A stretch of DNA of 63,867 nucleotides from Rhodoluna sp. Lineage in GTDB: Bacteria > Actinomycetota > Actinomycetes > Actinomycetales > Microbacteriaceae. Numbering within the stretch: the first letter of the stretch is position 1; every line of letters starts with the position of its first letter. Positions 49,696-60,176 of the stretch are shown here, one piece after another. The translations under genes and the position numbers were made by a program. Under the pieces are notes generated by a model. That model ran no database searches, was not told the DNA's origin, and saw nothing but the letters and a program-made list of their open reading frames with translations. Location: NCBI GenBank assembly GCA_044372535.1, contig JBILRS010000001.1, positions 1 to 63,867 on the forward strand. The letters are read 5' to 3'.

Positions 49696-50514
49696 ATGAC
49701 TAACCCACTGAAGGATTCGACGAAGAATCCGTTTGAAGTAGCCGCCGAAGCCGCTGCCGTAATCGCCCAAAAAACCGGTGTTGCCAAGCACGACATCGCT
49801 CTGACTCTCGGTTCTGGCTGGGGAAAGGCCGCAGAGCTCATCGGTGAAACGGTTGCCACATTCGATGCCACCGAAGTTATTGGGTTCAACCCACCTGCCG
49901 TTGTTGGTCACGCCACAACGATTCGCTCAATCAAACTGCCCGACGGCCGTCACGCTCTGGTGCTACCTCGCAGCCACTGGTACGAGGGTCACGGAGTTCG
50001 CTCGGTAGTGCACGGTGTTCGCACCGCGGCTGCTGCCGGAGTCGAGGTTTACATTCTCACCAACGGCTGCGGAGGCCTAAACCCCGCCCTGAAGCCGGGC
50101 ACCCCGGTTTTGATCCGCGACCACATTTCACTTGTATTTAAGAGCCCGATTGAAGGCGCAAACTTCGTTGACCTCACCGACGCCTACTCTCCTCGCCTAC
50201 GTGAAATCGCAAAGACCGTGGATCCAACCCTGACCGAAGGCGTGTACGTTCAGTTCACCGGCCCGCACTACGAGACACCCGCCGAGGTAAAGATGGCGCA
50301 GGCAATCGGCGGCGACCTGGTTGGCATGTCTACCGCTCTCGAGACGATCGCCGCACGCGAGTCAAAGCTTGAGGTTTTGGGGCTTTCGCTGATGACCAAC
50401 CTCGCCGCCGGAATTCAAACCACTCCGCTATCTCACACCGAGGTCCTAGAGGCTGGTCGCGAAGCTGAGGGTCGAATTTCGAAACTTTTGGCAGAGATCA
50501 TTGCCAAGCTCTAA
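49696..50514 (+). CDS. punA: Purine nucleoside phosphorylase (trimeric type)
   Basis: LGSGWG, HWYEG, TNGCGG, GPHYETPAE, VGMST, TNLAAG. Confidence 0.93.
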   Translation: MTNPLKDSTKNPFEVAAEAAAVIAQKTGVAKHDIALTLGSGWGKAAELIGETVATFDATEVIGFNPPAVVGHATTIRSIKLPDGRHALVLPRSHWYEGHGVRSVVHGVRTAAAAGVEVYILTNGCGGLNPALKPGTPVLIRDHISLVFKSPIEGANFVDLTDAYSPRLREIAKTVDPTLTEGVYVQFTGPHYETPAEVKMAQAIGGDLVGMSTALETIAARESKLEVLGLSLMTNLAAGIQTTPLSHTEVLEAGREAEGRISKLLAEIIAKL

Positions 50515-52024
50515 CCTTCGCTCAGCGGCAGAGGCTTGGCTTGCTGTCGACCCTGACCCGGAGACCCGTGCCGAACTAGAAGCGATTCTCGACGACGAAA
50601 ACGCTCTCGAGGCGAGGTTTGCCGAACGCTTGAACTTCGGCACTGCTGGCCTGCGCGGTGAACTCGGAGCTGGACCGAATCGGATGAACCGAGTCGTTGT
50701 CGCGCAAGCCGCACTGGGTTTGAGCAGCTTTTTGGGTGGCCGCGGAACCCTGGTTGTCGGTTACGACGGTCGGGTCAACTCAGAGGTCTTCGCGCGTGAT
50801 ACCGCAGAGCTCGCGGCTGCGGCCGGATTAGAAGTACTACTCTTCGACCGCATGGTTCCAACCCCGGTTCTGGCATTCGCGGTGAAGCACCTCGGTGCGG
50901 CTGCTGGAGTCATGGTGACAGCCAGCCACAACCCCCCTCGAGACAACGGCTACAAGGTCTATCTCGGCGATGAGAATGGCGGTGGCCAGATAGTCTCGCC
51001 GACCGACGAGCAGATTCAAGCCGAGATCCTCAAGGTGGCTGCCTCAACCGAGCCTTGGCCGCGCAGCGAGAACTACGCCATGATTGGCAGCGATGTCATC
51101 AATGCTTACCTGGTTAGGGCTCTCGAGGTTGTCGGCCCTCGCGGCAGCAAGCAGCCGAAGATCGTTTACACCGCAATGCACGGAGTCGGCTGGCCTTTCG
51201 CGAGCGTGCTGTTCGAAGCAGCCGGTTTCAGCGACATCCATTCGGTGGCAGAACAGCAAGAAGCAGACGGGTCGTTTCCGACCGTCGCGTTCCCGAACCC
51301 CGAAGAGCCAGGCGCGCTAGACCTGGCACTGGCCGAGTTCGACCGAACAGGTGCCGACTTGATTCTCGCCAACGACCCCGACGCCGACCGCTTGGCAGTT
51401 GTGATTCGAGACCCCGACGGCTCGGCTAGACGCCTAACCGGCAACGAGGTCGGCCTGATTCTCGGTGAGTGGGTTGCCCGCAAGTCCGAGCGTGGAGCAC
51501 TCGCCTGCTCGCTGGTTTCTAGTGACCAGCTAAAGGCAGTCGCCGCCGCGCACAGCTTGGGTTTCAGCCAGACCAAGACCGGCTTCAAGTGGATCAGCAA
51601 GGTGCCCGGCCTGGTGTTTGGCTTTGAGGAGGCTCTCGGCTACTGCATCGACCCGAGCGTTGTTCCAGACAAAGACGGAATCAGCGCCGCGCTGGCCGTG
51701 GCCACAATCGCAAGCGAAGTGAACTTGATCGATTTCTTAGGCGAACTCTGCGAAAAGTACGGTCACGTCAGCACCCAGCAGGTCAGCTTGAGATTCGAAA
51801 GCGTTGCCGAAGCGCAACTCGCATTCAAGAGGGCAACCGCTGGCATGGTCGAGGACGACGGCATGGTGACGTGGATTCCAACCGAGGGCGAAAAGGTCAT
51901 CTTCAGGGTTTCTGGCACCGAGCCAAAACTAAAGTGCTACCTGCAGGTCAGCGGTTCAAGCGCCGATGACGCAACCAACAGGATTCTTGAACTAGAGAAG
52001 AGCCTTCGAAAGCTTCTCGTTTAG
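50501..52024 (+). CDS. Phospho-sugar mutase (PmmB/Pgm2-like)
   Basis: FGTAGLRG, TASHNP, DPDADR, FEEALG, RVSGTEPKLKCY. Confidence 0.92.
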   Translation: MPSSNLRSAAEAWLAVDPDPETRAELEAILDDENALEARFAERLNFGTAGLRGELGAGPNRMNRVVVAQAALGLSSFLGGRGTLVVGYDGRVNSEVFARDTAELAAAAGLEVLLFDRMVPTPVLAFAVKHLGAAAGVMVTASHNPPRDNGYKVYLGDENGGGQIVSPTDEQIQAEILKVAASTEPWPRSENYAMIGSDVINAYLVRALEVVGPRGSKQPKIVYTAMHGVGWPFASVLFEAAGFSDIHSVAEQQEADGSFPTVAFPNPEEPGALDLALAEFDRTGADLILANDPDADRLAVVIRDPDGSARRLTGNEVGLILGEWVARKSERGALACSLVSSDQLKAVAAAHSLGFSQTKTGFKWISKVPGLVFGFEEALGYCIDPSVVPDKDGISAALAVATIASEVNLIDFLGELCEKYGHVSTQQVSLRFESVAEAQLAFKRATAGMVEDDGMVTWIPTEGEKVIFRVSGTEPKLKCYLQVSGSSADDATNRILELEKSLRKLLV

Positions 52025-52264
52025 TTCGTGCAGGTCGAAGAAGTGCTCGATCGGGATAATTTCTGCCGTCAGACCTTTTAGCGACTCGACCAGCTCGGGC
52101 GTAGTTAAAACGATGTTGGCAGTCTCTGCACTTCGACGTGCGGTGGCAACGTCACAGGCCTCAACGGTTGCGTCAATGCCGAGGGTCTTCAGCACTTTTT
52201 CGGCGTTCATCTTTAGAAGAACGCTCGTGCCAATACCCATTCCACAAACCGCAACGATACGCAT
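51992..52264 (-). CDS. PTS IIB component (UlaB/GatB-like)
   Basis: VCGMGIGTS phosphorylation loop. Confidence 0.9.
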   Translation of the reverse strand: MRIVAVCGMGIGTSVLLKMNAEKVLKTLGIDATVEACDVATARRSAETANIVLTTPELVESLKGLTAEIIPIEHFFDLHELNEKLSKALL

Positions 52265-52268
52265 GGTT

Positions 52269-52712
52269 CTATTCTGCCGTTTGACCGGTCAGCAAAGCGC
52301 TCAACTGCCCGATTGTGACTGCATTTATTAAGTTATTCACAAACTCTTCATCACTAAGACGCTCGGCCAGGTCGGCTAAGACACCAAGGTGGCTTTCGTG
52401 ATCTAGAGCCGCGAGCCCAAAAACCAGCCTTACCGGGTCATTGTGGCTGCCGAATTCGACAGGCGCTGCAAGGACGGCGAGACTCAAACCGGTTTCAAGC
52501 ACGGCCTCGCTCGGTCGAGCGTGCGCGAGCGCGATGCCTGGGGCAATCACTATGTATGGCCCAAACTCTTCTACCGCAGCGAGCATCTGCTCGACGTATT
52601 CGGCAGTGACCCTCCCGCTCGAAACCAGCAGTTCGCCACTTGCGCGAATAGCCTGCTCGCGATCAGCGGCCGAAACCGAAACCGCTAGCGAACCCTCTGC
52701 GAAAGCGATCAA
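52269..52712 (-). CDS. PTS IIA component (UlaC/fructose-mannitol fold)
   Basis: GPYIVIAPGIALAHARP, PVEFG..NDPV; TTG start overlaps add stop. Confidence 0.9.
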   Translation of the reverse strand: MIAFAEGSLAVSVSAADREQAIRASGELLVSSGRVTAEYVEQMLAAVEEFGPYIVIAPGIALAHARPSEAVLETGLSLAVLAAPVEFGSHNDPVRLVFGLAALDHESHLGVLADLAERLSDEEFVNNLINAVTIGQLSALLTGQTAE

Positions 52713-53800
52713 AGGCCAGCCTTCTTGAAACCGCGCAGAATCTGCTCGATCAGCTCTTCGCGAGCTTCGAGAGTCTGGAAGGTTGCCTCGGCGGCGTTCA
52801 ACTGGAACTGCTGAAGGTCTTCGAGTTCGTACTCGAAGGCTTTGGTTAGGAGTTCGAGTTCGCGAGAAATCGAGGTGCCGCTCATGAGTCGGTTGTCTGG
52901 GTTCACGGTAACCATGAAGCCGAGCTGGTAGAGAATGTCGAACGGGTGGTCGGTCATCTCGGTGCCCCACTCCGAAACCGCTCCGGTTTGCAGGTTCGAA
53001 GATGGCGAAAGTTCGAGCGGAACCTGTCTGAAGTGAACCCACTCGGCAACCGGCCCCAACTCAACGAAGTCTCGGTCACCTTCGCTTCGGCTCGAGAGAA
53101 TGTCGTCGGCGATGCGAACGCCGTGACCCAGGCGAAGTGCGCGACCAGAAACTAGTGCGTCGGTGATGCTCTCGACCCCGTCACCCTCGCCGGCGTGAAC
53201 CGTGATCGGCATCATCTCGGTGGCTAGGTAGTCAAACGCGTCGCGGTGAAGTGAAGGCGGGAAACCCGCTTCGGGGCCAGCGATGTCGAAACCGACAACA
53301 CCGTTGAAGCGGTGACGCACGGCAAGTTCGGCAATCTCCATGCCGCGGTTGTTCTGGCGCATGGCAGTGACCAGTTGGCCGGTGCGAATGTCGCCACCAA
53401 GCTCGGCTACGTCTTCGGCACCCTGCTCGAGGCCGTCTTGCACTGCTTCGACAACCTCATCGAGGGTTAGGCCCTGCTCGAGGTGTTGCTCTGGTGCCCA
53501 GCGAATTTCGCCGTAGATGACTCCGTCTTTGTGTAGGTCCTGGACGAACTCGCGAGCGACACGGGTCAGGCCTGAACGAGTCTGCATCACCGCGCAGGTG
53601 TGAGCGAAGGTTTCGAGGTACAACGGTAGCGAGCCGGAGTCGGCCGAGTCTCTAAACCACTTACCCAGCGCGACAGCGTCGGTGGCGGGAAGCTTGTGGC
53701 CTATCTCGTCAGCGAGCTCAATCATCGTCTGTGGGCGAAGTCCGCCGTCCAAGTGGTCGTGAAGCGAAATCTTTGGCAGGGCCTTGAAGTTGATTGCCAT
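52709..53800 (-). CDS. add: Adenosine deaminase
   Basis: LHDHLDG, GFDIAGPE, HAGE, RLGHG, PSSN, NPDN. Confidence 0.95.
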   Translation of the reverse strand: MAINFKALPKISLHDHLDGGLRPQTMIELADEIGHKLPATDAVALGKWFRDSADSGSLPLYLETFAHTCAVMQTRSGLTRVAREFVQDLHKDGVIYGEIRWAPEQHLEQGLTLDEVVEAVQDGLEQGAEDVAELGGDIRTGQLVTAMRQNNRGMEIAELAVRHRFNGVVGFDIAGPEAGFPPSLHRDAFDYLATEMMPITVHAGEGDGVESITDALVSGRALRLGHGVRIADDILSSRSEGDRDFVELGPVAEWVHFRQVPLELSPSSNLQTGAVSEWGTEMTDHPFDILYQLGFMVTVNPDNRLMSGTSISRELELLTKAFEYELEDLQQFQLNAAEATFQTLEAREELIEQILRGFKKAGL

Positions 53801-54891
53801 TAGTCTGTGGTGCCTTTCGGGGTTGGGATCTCACCTGAGTTGATGCTCGCCGTGATTCGGCTTCGTGCCGAAATGAATGCCGGCGCGAAAGAGACTTCAC
53901 GTTCAGCGGTGAGTGAGACTCCGCCGTTTGCCAAGGTTCCAACAAACTCATTGGTCAGCGGGTTGCCAACCTCACCGGTCGAAACGTAACGCTTGATGAC
54001 ATCGAGAACCGGGCGAGAAACCTGCTTAACCGTTGATGCCAAAACTTGCGAGCGCCAATCGAAGTTGTCGGCGTCCATGAACCAGTCACGGTTACTACCA
54101 ATTACAAACTTGTCGGACTTGCCCACCGCAGCCAAACCGGCACCGATACCGGCCAAACCAGCAACCGGGTAAACAACGTCAGCGCCTGTTTCAAAGAAGC
54201 TGTTGGTGAGTTTCTCAGCACCCTTCTGGTTGATCGCGCTGTTCAAGAAGCTCCACTTGTTTCCGTCGCCGCCCGCGCCGAGTACGAGCACGTCGGCGTC
54301 TTCGTCGTCGTTGAACAACTGCACGCCCTGGACGAAGCCCTGCATTACCGAGCGAACGGCGGCGTTGTCGAATGAACCGAAAGTTGCAACCAGACCGGTC
54401 TTTGAATTAGCAGCAGCTAGGTAACCGGCCAAAATCGAGCTTTGGCTGGCCTCGAAACCCAGGTGCTTCAGGTTGTCGGCGAGCGGTAGTGCTTCGGGTT
54501 CGGGGACTCCGTCATCAACCAGGACGAAGGCGATGTCTGGGTTCGCGTCAGCGGCGCGGACGATTGCCGGGCGAAGCTTCGGGCCAGTACCAATTACCAC
54601 GTTGCAACCGCCACGAACTAGGGCGTTCACCTCTGAGTAGATGGCCGAGCCGCTTTGAGCCGAGCGAAGCACTGTTTGCTTTTTGCCAATACCAAGTGAA
54701 ACGACAGCCTCTTTGAGTGCCGAATAAGCAGATTCGTTGACTCCGCCATCGGCGAGGCCGAGCGAGTCGACGATTAGGCAGGCGGTTACCGATGCCGGCG
54801 TTGGGCTTGCGCTCACGGTTGGTGCTGCTGAGCAGCCGGTAACTAGCAATGCCGGGAGCAGAGCGAGCACTACCTTGCTAGAGAACGTCAC
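53800..54891 (-). CDS. BMP/PnrA family ABC substrate-binding lipoprotein
   Basis: Lipobox VTGC; D..VNESA, LAGYLAA, GADVVYPVAG motifs. Confidence 0.85.
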   Translation of the reverse strand: MTFSSKVVLALLPALLVTGCSAAPTVSASPTPASVTACLIVDSLGLADGGVNESAYSALKEAVVSLGIGKKQTVLRSAQSGSAIYSEVNALVRGGCNVVIGTGPKLRPAIVRAADANPDIAFVLVDDGVPEPEALPLADNLKHLGFEASQSSILAGYLAAANSKTGLVATFGSFDNAAVRSVMQGFVQGVQLFNDDEDADVLVLGAGGDGNKWSFLNSAINQKGAEKLTNSFFETGADVVYPVAGLAGIGAGLAAVGKSDKFVIGSNRDWFMDADNFDWRSQVLASTVKQVSRPVLDVIKRYVSTGEVGNPLTNEFVGTLANGGVSLTAEREVSFAPAFISARSRITASINSGEIPTPKGTTD

Positions 54892-55987
54892 CGTGACCCG
54901 AATTCTTGAGTGTCTCGACGATGTTTTTCACGCTTTGGGCGTGCTCTTTTGTGGTAATTAGCAGCGCGTCTGGGGTGTCGACAATGATGATGTCTTTGAG
55001 TCCGACGACAGCGATCAAACGCTTCGACTGACCAACCAAGATTCCGCTCGAGTCTTCGGCCAGAAGCTGGGCGTCACCGATAACGGCGAGGTTCTCTGGT
55101 CGTCCACCCGATAGCAACTCGGCCACGCCAGCGAAGTCGCCAACGTCGTGCCACTCGAACTCAGAAGGAATCACGGCAACCAAACCGGCAGCTGCGGCGG
55201 GCTCGGCAACGGTGTAGTCGAAGGCGATTTTCTTCAGCTCTGGCCAGTACTTAGCCACCAGTGCTGCGCGTTCCGCGGTGTCCCAGGCTTCGGCAATCTC
55301 TAACACTCGCTCGTGGAGCTCAGGCTCGCTCTTGGCTACCTGCTCGAGAATCAAAGAGGCCGGCGCCACAAACATGCCCGCGTTCCACAAAAAGTTGCCT
55401 GACTCAAAAAACTCTTGCGCAATAGCCTTGCTCGGCTTCTCGACGAAGTCGTTGACCTGTCTTGCGTGCGGGGCACCGTCAACCTGAATCGACTCACCGG
55501 CGTGGATGTAGCCAAACGAGGTGGCCGCGAACGTCGGGCGAATACCGATGGTGACCAGGCGACCGGTGGCGGCAACCTCAATCGCTTCGCGAATCGTGCG
55601 CGCAAAGGCCTTGTCATCGGCAATCGCGTGGTCGGCGGCGAACGAACCGATGATCACGTCTTCTTCGCGGTTCATCAAGATAGCGGCGGCGAGCGCAATG
55701 GCCGCCGTCGAGTCTCGAGGTGATGGCTCCAAGAACAGGTTTGCTGCGGTCAGGTCTTCGAGTTGTTCGAGAATTCCCGCCTCGTGAGCGGCTCCGGCAA
55801 CAACCGCGATGCGGCTGCCGGCAAGAGGCACCAGGCGATCCCAGGTGCCCTGCAAAAGCGTGCGGCCCGAGCCGGTTAGGTCATGCAAAAACTTCGGTGC
55901 TGCTGCTCTAGAAAGCGGCCAAAGTCTAGAACCAACCCCGCCTGCGGGAATAACCGCATGGAAACGTTCGCTTGGTGTTTTAGGCAT
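54878..55987 (-). CDS. manC: Mannose-1-phosphate guanylyltransferase
   Basis: AGGVGSRLWPLSR..PKF, EPSPRDS, ADH, FVEKP, WNAGMF, WHDVG. Confidence 0.92.
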   Translation of the reverse strand: MPKTPSERFHAVIPAGGVGSRLWPLSRAAAPKFLHDLTGSGRTLLQGTWDRLVPLAGSRIAVVAGAAHEAGILEQLEDLTAANLFLEPSPRDSTAAIALAAAILMNREEDVIIGSFAADHAIADDKAFARTIREAIEVAATGRLVTIGIRPTFAATSFGYIHAGESIQVDGAPHARQVNDFVEKPSKAIAQEFFESGNFLWNAGMFVAPASLILEQVAKSEPELHERVLEIAEAWDTAERAALVAKYWPELKKIAFDYTVAEPAAAAGLVAVIPSEFEWHDVGDFAGVAELLSGGRPENLAVIGDAQLLAEDSSGILVGQSKRLIAVVGLKDIIIVDTPDALLITTKEHAQSVKNIVETLKNSGHGDVL

Positions 55988-56085
55988 ACCAAAACCCTAT
56001 CCGAAGAGCCTGTGTTGGCAGAAGCCAACTGCGCCAGCGGTTTAGAATGGTAGAGGTTCAACGCCGAGCAAATACAGGAGGAATC

Positions 56086-56463
56086 GTGCCAACTAAGCCA
56101 GCCGGCACCTTATATCGCGGCAAAATCGGAATGTGGTCCTGGGTTCTCCACCGCATCACCGGTGTTTCCATCTTCTTCTTCCTTCTCGTGCACACCCTCG
56201 ACACCGCTCTCGTTCGCGTCAGCCCAATTGACTACAACCTGGTTATCGACACCTACAAGACCCCGATCATCGGTCTTGCCGAGCTCGGCTTGGTCGCGGC
56301 AATTCTTTTTCACGGTCTGAACGGCGTTCGCGTCACTCTCATCGACTTCTGGCGCAAAGGTCCTAAGTATCAGCACCTGATGTTCTGGATCGTCGTAGGT
56401 CTAGCCGCTCTGGTCTTCATCGGTTTTGCTCCGCGCCACCTAGCCAACGTCTTTGGACACTAA
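56086..56463 (+). CDS. sdhC: Succinate dehydrogenase cytochrome b subunit
   Basis: WVLHRITG, HGLNGVR; GGAGG SD before GTG 56086. Confidence 0.93.
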   Translation: MPTKPAGTLYRGKIGMWSWVLHRITGVSIFFFLLVHTLDTALVRVSPIDYNLVIDTYKTPIIGLAELGLVAAILFHGLNGVRVTLIDFWRKGPKYQHLMFWIVVGLAALVFIGFAPRHLANVFGH

Positions 56464-56472
56464 GGAGTAGAG

Positions 56473-56919
56473 ATGTCTGTAGTTATCGAAACTCCTCGCA
56501 GCCCACGCAGCCGCAAAGGCGCAAAGTACGAGCGCTGGGCCTGGCTCTACATGCGCTTTTCTGGCCTGGCTCTTCTGTTCTTGATCTTTGGTCACCTGTT
56601 CATCAACCTCTACATGAACGGCGGAATCCAGCAGATTTCGTTCGCGTTCGTAGCTGGCAAGTGGGCCGACCCGTTCTGGCAGATCTGGGACGGCGCTATG
56701 CTCTGGCTCGCACTGATCCACGGCACCAACGGCATGCGCACCCTGGTCAATGACTACGCCGAGCGCGAGACTATTCGCAAGACCCTGAACGTGTCGCTCT
56801 GGGTAGTTTGCGGGGCGCTACTGGTTCTCGGAACCCTCGTGATCACAACCTTCGACCCTTGCGTCGACCCAGCCGTATTCGACATGGAACAACTCCAGCA
56901 GTTCTGCCCAGCACGCTAG
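56473..56919 (+). CDS. sdhD: Succinate dehydrogenase membrane anchor subunit
   Basis: WLYMRFSG, HGTNGMR..DY; AAGGAG SD. Confidence 0.92.
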   Translation: MSVVIETPRSPRSRKGAKYERWAWLYMRFSGLALLFLIFGHLFINLYMNGGIQQISFAFVAGKWADPFWQIWDGAMLWLALIHGTNGMRTLVNDYAERETIRKTLNVSLWVVCGALLVLGTLVITTFDPCVDPAVFDMEQLQQFCPAR

Positions 56920-56934
56920 AAGAAAGCAACCAAA

Positions 56935-58677
56935 TTGGCGAAGCCTAAGATTCATAACCACCAGTTCGACGTAGTGATCGTGGGCGCTGGTGGCGCAGGC
57001 ATGCGCGCGGCGATTGAGGCCGGGCCGCACGCCAAGACTGCCGTGATCTCAAAGCTGTTCCCAACCCGCAGCCACACCGGCGCGGCTCAGGGCGGCATGG
57101 CAGCAGCACTCGCCAACGTTGAAGAAGACAACTGGGAGTGGCACACCTTCGACACCGTCAAGGGTGGCGACTACCTAGTCGACCAGGACGCCGCTGAGAT
57201 CCTGGCTAAAGAGTCCGTGCAGGCTGTTATCGACCTCGAAAACATGGGCCTCCCGTTCAACCGCACCCCGGACGGCAAGATCGACCAGCGACGCTTCGGT
57301 GGCCACACCCGCGACCACGGCAAGGCACCGGTTCGCCGCAGTTGCTACGCAGCCGACCGCACCGGTCACATGATTCTGCAGACCCTCTACCAAAACTGCG
57401 TAAAGCTCGGCATCGAGTTCTACAACGAGTTCTACGTTCTCGACCTAGTAATGAACGAGGGCAAGCCAGCCGCAGTTGTTGCCTACGAACTAGCCACCGG
57501 AGACCTTCACGTCTTCGCGGGTAAGTCGATCGTCTTCGCAACAGGCGGTTTCGGCAAGATCTTCAAGACCACCTCTAACGCCCACACCCTCACCGGTGAC
57601 GGCGTTGGCATCATCTGGCGCAAGGGTCTTCCGCTAGAAGACATGGAGTTCTACCAGTTCCACCCAACCGGCCTTGCCGGGCTCGGCATCCTTCTCTCAG
57701 AGGCTGCCCGAGGCGAAGGTGGAATCCTGCGCAACGCAAGCGGCGAGCGCTTCATGGAGCGTTACGCCCCAACCATCAAGGACCTCGCCCCGCGCGACAT
57801 GGTTGCCCGAGCAATGGCCAACGAGGTTCGCGAAGGTCGCGGAGCAGGCCCAAACAAGGACTACGTCCTTCTAGACCTAACCCACCTACCGCCAGAGGTA
57901 ATCGACGCCAAGCTCCCAGACATCACCGAGTTTGCGCGCACCTACCTGGGCGTTGAGCCTTACACCGAGCCAGTACCGGTGTTCCCAACCGCGCACTACG
58001 CGATGGGTGGCATCCCGACCAACATCAAGGCCGAGGTCCTGAGCAACAACAAGACCGTCGTGCCCGGCCTCTACGCCGCCGGTGAGTGTGCTTGCGTCAG
58101 CGTCCACGGCGCAAACCGCCTCGGCACCAACTCGCTGCTCGACATCAACGTCTTCGGCAAGCGCGCCGGCATCTACGCGGTCGAATACGCCAAGACCGCC
58201 AAGTTCGTTCCGGTTCCCAAGGACGCCATCGAAGAGACCGTGGCCCTGCTAGACCACATGCGCAACGCGACCGGCACCGAGAAGGTCGCCGTGCTTCGCA
58301 AGGAACTTCAGGACACCATGGACCTCAACGCCCAGGTTTACCGCACCGAAGAGAGCCTCGACGAAGCACTGGCCAAGATCGCCGAACTTCGCAAGCGCTA
58401 CGAAAACGTTCAGGTTCAAGACAAGGGCATTCGCTTCAACACCGACCTCCTCGAGGCCGTCGAGCTCGGGTTCCTATTCGACCTCGCCGAAGTCCTAGTC
58501 GCAACCGCGAAGGAACGCCGCGAATCACGCGGAGGCCACTTCCGTGAAGACTACCCAGACCGCAACGACGAGAAGTTCATGGTTCACTCGATGGCCTACA
58601 AAAAGGGCTCGAAGATCAAGATCGACTGGAAGCCAGTCACCATCACCAACTACCCGCCGATGGAGCGTAAGTACTAA
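56935..58677 (+). CDS. sdhA: Succinate dehydrogenase flavoprotein
   Basis: [16 protein letters not shown] (FAD His), [22 protein letters not shown]. Confidence 0.97.
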   Translation: MAKPKIHNHQFDVVIVGAGGAGMRAAIEAGPHAKTAVISKLFPTRSHTGAAQGGMAAALANVEEDNWEWHTFDTVKGGDYLVDQDAAEILAKESVQAVIDLENMGLPFNRTPDGKIDQRRFGGHTRDHGKAPVRRSCYAADRTGHMILQTLYQNCVKLGIEFYNEFYVLDLVMNEGKPAAVVAYELATGDLHVFAGKSIVFATGGFGKIFKTTSNAHTLTGDGVGIIWRKGLPLEDMEFYQFHPTGLAGLGILLSEAARGEGGILRNASGERFMERYAPTIKDLAPRDMVARAMANEVREGRGAGPNKDYVLLDLTHLPPEVIDAKLPDITEFARTYLGVEPYTEPVPVFPTAHYAMGGIPTNIKAEVLSNNKTVVPGLYAAGECACVSVHGANRLGTNSLLDINVFGKRAGIYAVEYAKTAKFVPVPKDAIEETVALLDHMRNATGTEKVAVLRKELQDTMDLNAQVYRTEESLDEALAKIAELRKRYENVQVQDKGIRFNTDLLEAVELGFLFDLAEVLVATAKERRESRGGHFREDYPDRNDEKFMVHSMAYKKGSKIKIDWKPVTITNYPPMERKY

Positions 58678-59414
58678 TGAGCGACGTAAAGGTTATTGAC
58701 GAAATCCCGAGCTACACGGTCACTCTCTTCGTTCGCCGTTTCAACCTCGAAGACGGCCTCGAAGCCCGCTGGGAAGACTTTGACGTCACCGTTTACGGCA
58801 CCGACCGCGTCCTCGACGCCCTTCACAAGATCAAGTGGGAGCAAGACGGCTCGCTAACCTTCCGTCGCTCCTGCGCCCACGGTGTCTGCGGCTCAGACGC
58901 AATGCGCATCAACGGCCGCAACCGCCTAGCTTGCAAGACCCTGATCAAAGACTTGGACATGACCAAGCCGATCTATGTCGAACCAATCAAGGGGCTAACC
59001 GTAGAAAAAGACCTCGTCGTCGACATGGAGCCTTTCTACCAGGCCTACCGCGACGTCAAGCCGTTCCTAATCGCGAGCGACAAGCCTGAAAAGGAACGCC
59101 TGCAGTCACCAGAAGACCGCGCGCGCTTCGACGAGACCACCAAGTGCATTCTCTGCGCCGCCTGCACCTCGAGCTGCCCAGTGTTCTGGACTGACGGCCA
59201 GTACTTCGGCCCAGCAGCCATCGTCAACGCTCACCGCTTCATCTTTGACAGCCGCGACGAAGGCGCTGAAGTCCGCCTAGACATCCTCAACGACAAAGAG
59301 GGCGTCTGGCGCTGCCGCACCACCTTCAACTGCACCGAGGCCTGCCCTCGTGGCATCGAGGTAACCAAGGCAATCGCCGAGGTCAAGCAAGCAATTCTTC
59401 GCGGACGCCCGTAG
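58677..59414 (+). CDS. sdhB: Succinate dehydrogenase iron-sulfur subunit
   Basis: SCAHGVCGSD, CILCAACTSSCP, CRTTFNCTEACP. Confidence 0.97.
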   Translation: MSDVKVIDEIPSYTVTLFVRRFNLEDGLEARWEDFDVTVYGTDRVLDALHKIKWEQDGSLTFRRSCAHGVCGSDAMRINGRNRLACKTLIKDLDMTKPIYVEPIKGLTVEKDLVVDMEPFYQAYRDVKPFLIASDKPEKERLQSPEDRARFDETTKCILCAACTSSCPVFWTDGQYFGPAAIVNAHRFIFDSRDEGAEVRLDILNDKEGVWRCRTTFNCTEACPRGIEVTKAIAEVKQAILRGRP

Positions 59415-59433
59415 CCCTGAAGACTCTCGAGAA

Positions 59434-60042
59434 TCACCTAGGTTCGAGCGAAACTCCCAAACGGTCAACCATCAACCAGGTGCCGTTATCGAGTTGCCGT
59501 TCCAAGGTCAGGCTCCACTGGGTCAACACGTCCTTTAGAACCTGGCCCCCCTTACGGCTTTCCCAGTGACCAATGACACGCACTAGAGCCTGGTTTCCAT
59601 CTACCTGGACCCCCTGCCAGTCCTGAATTACAAATTCTCCAGTATCGAAGGTTTGGTCCATCGCCATGCCGTTTTCTTTTCGAAACAGTGCCACGATTTC
59701 TTTAAAACTCTCTTCAGCTTTTTGCGGCGACCAAACCTTTGCCAGATCTGCTCTCAGCTTCTCCCCTTCTGGCGACTTAGGGTCAGCCCCGATGGCCTTT
59801 TGGACTTCCGGTTTTTGATTGCTCATTAGATTGCCGGCTTCGATTAGCTTCTTGGCTTGCGTCTTGATGGTTTCGATTTCGGCAGATTCCCCTTTGTTTT
59901 CTAAACGGGGTTGCGCTCCAGCCGCTTCTTGGAAACTCCGCACTTCAGCATTGTGAATCATTGAAGCAGAAACTGCTCCGACCGACCCAACCGACAGCAC
60001 TACCGCGACAGTCACTATGAGCTTTCTTTTGCCGTTCGACAT
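59434..60042 (-). CDS. Hypothetical secreted/membrane-anchored protein (possibly NTF2-like C-terminus)
   Basis: GGAG SD, KRK plus hydrophobic stretch; C-terminal VQVDGNQALV...LTLER..GTWLM pattern; lower GC. Confidence 0.7.
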   Translation of the reverse strand: MSNGKRKLIVTVAVVLSVGSVGAVSASMIHNAEVRSFQEAAGAQPRLENKGESAEIETIKTQAKKLIEAGNLMSNQKPEVQKAIGADPKSPEGEKLRADLAKVWSPQKAEESFKEIVALFRKENGMAMDQTFDTGEFVIQDWQGVQVDGNQALVRVIGHWESRKGGQVLKDVLTQWSLTLERQLDNGTWLMVDRLGVSLEPR

Positions 60043-60176
60043 GACTTCTCCAACCTGAATAAAGTAAAATTTATTGAATCTATCTTTACACACTTTTCTA
60101 TTCACTTACGGAAAACCGATGGGAAGACTTGTTCAAGGCGGGAATGATTTCGGCGTTTTCGCTCTACCCTTTAGAT

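Noticed and set aside
52713-53042. N-terminal extension of PTS IIA in the ORF track
   Set aside because: Off-frame overlap with add; coupled TTG start at 52712 is more plausible
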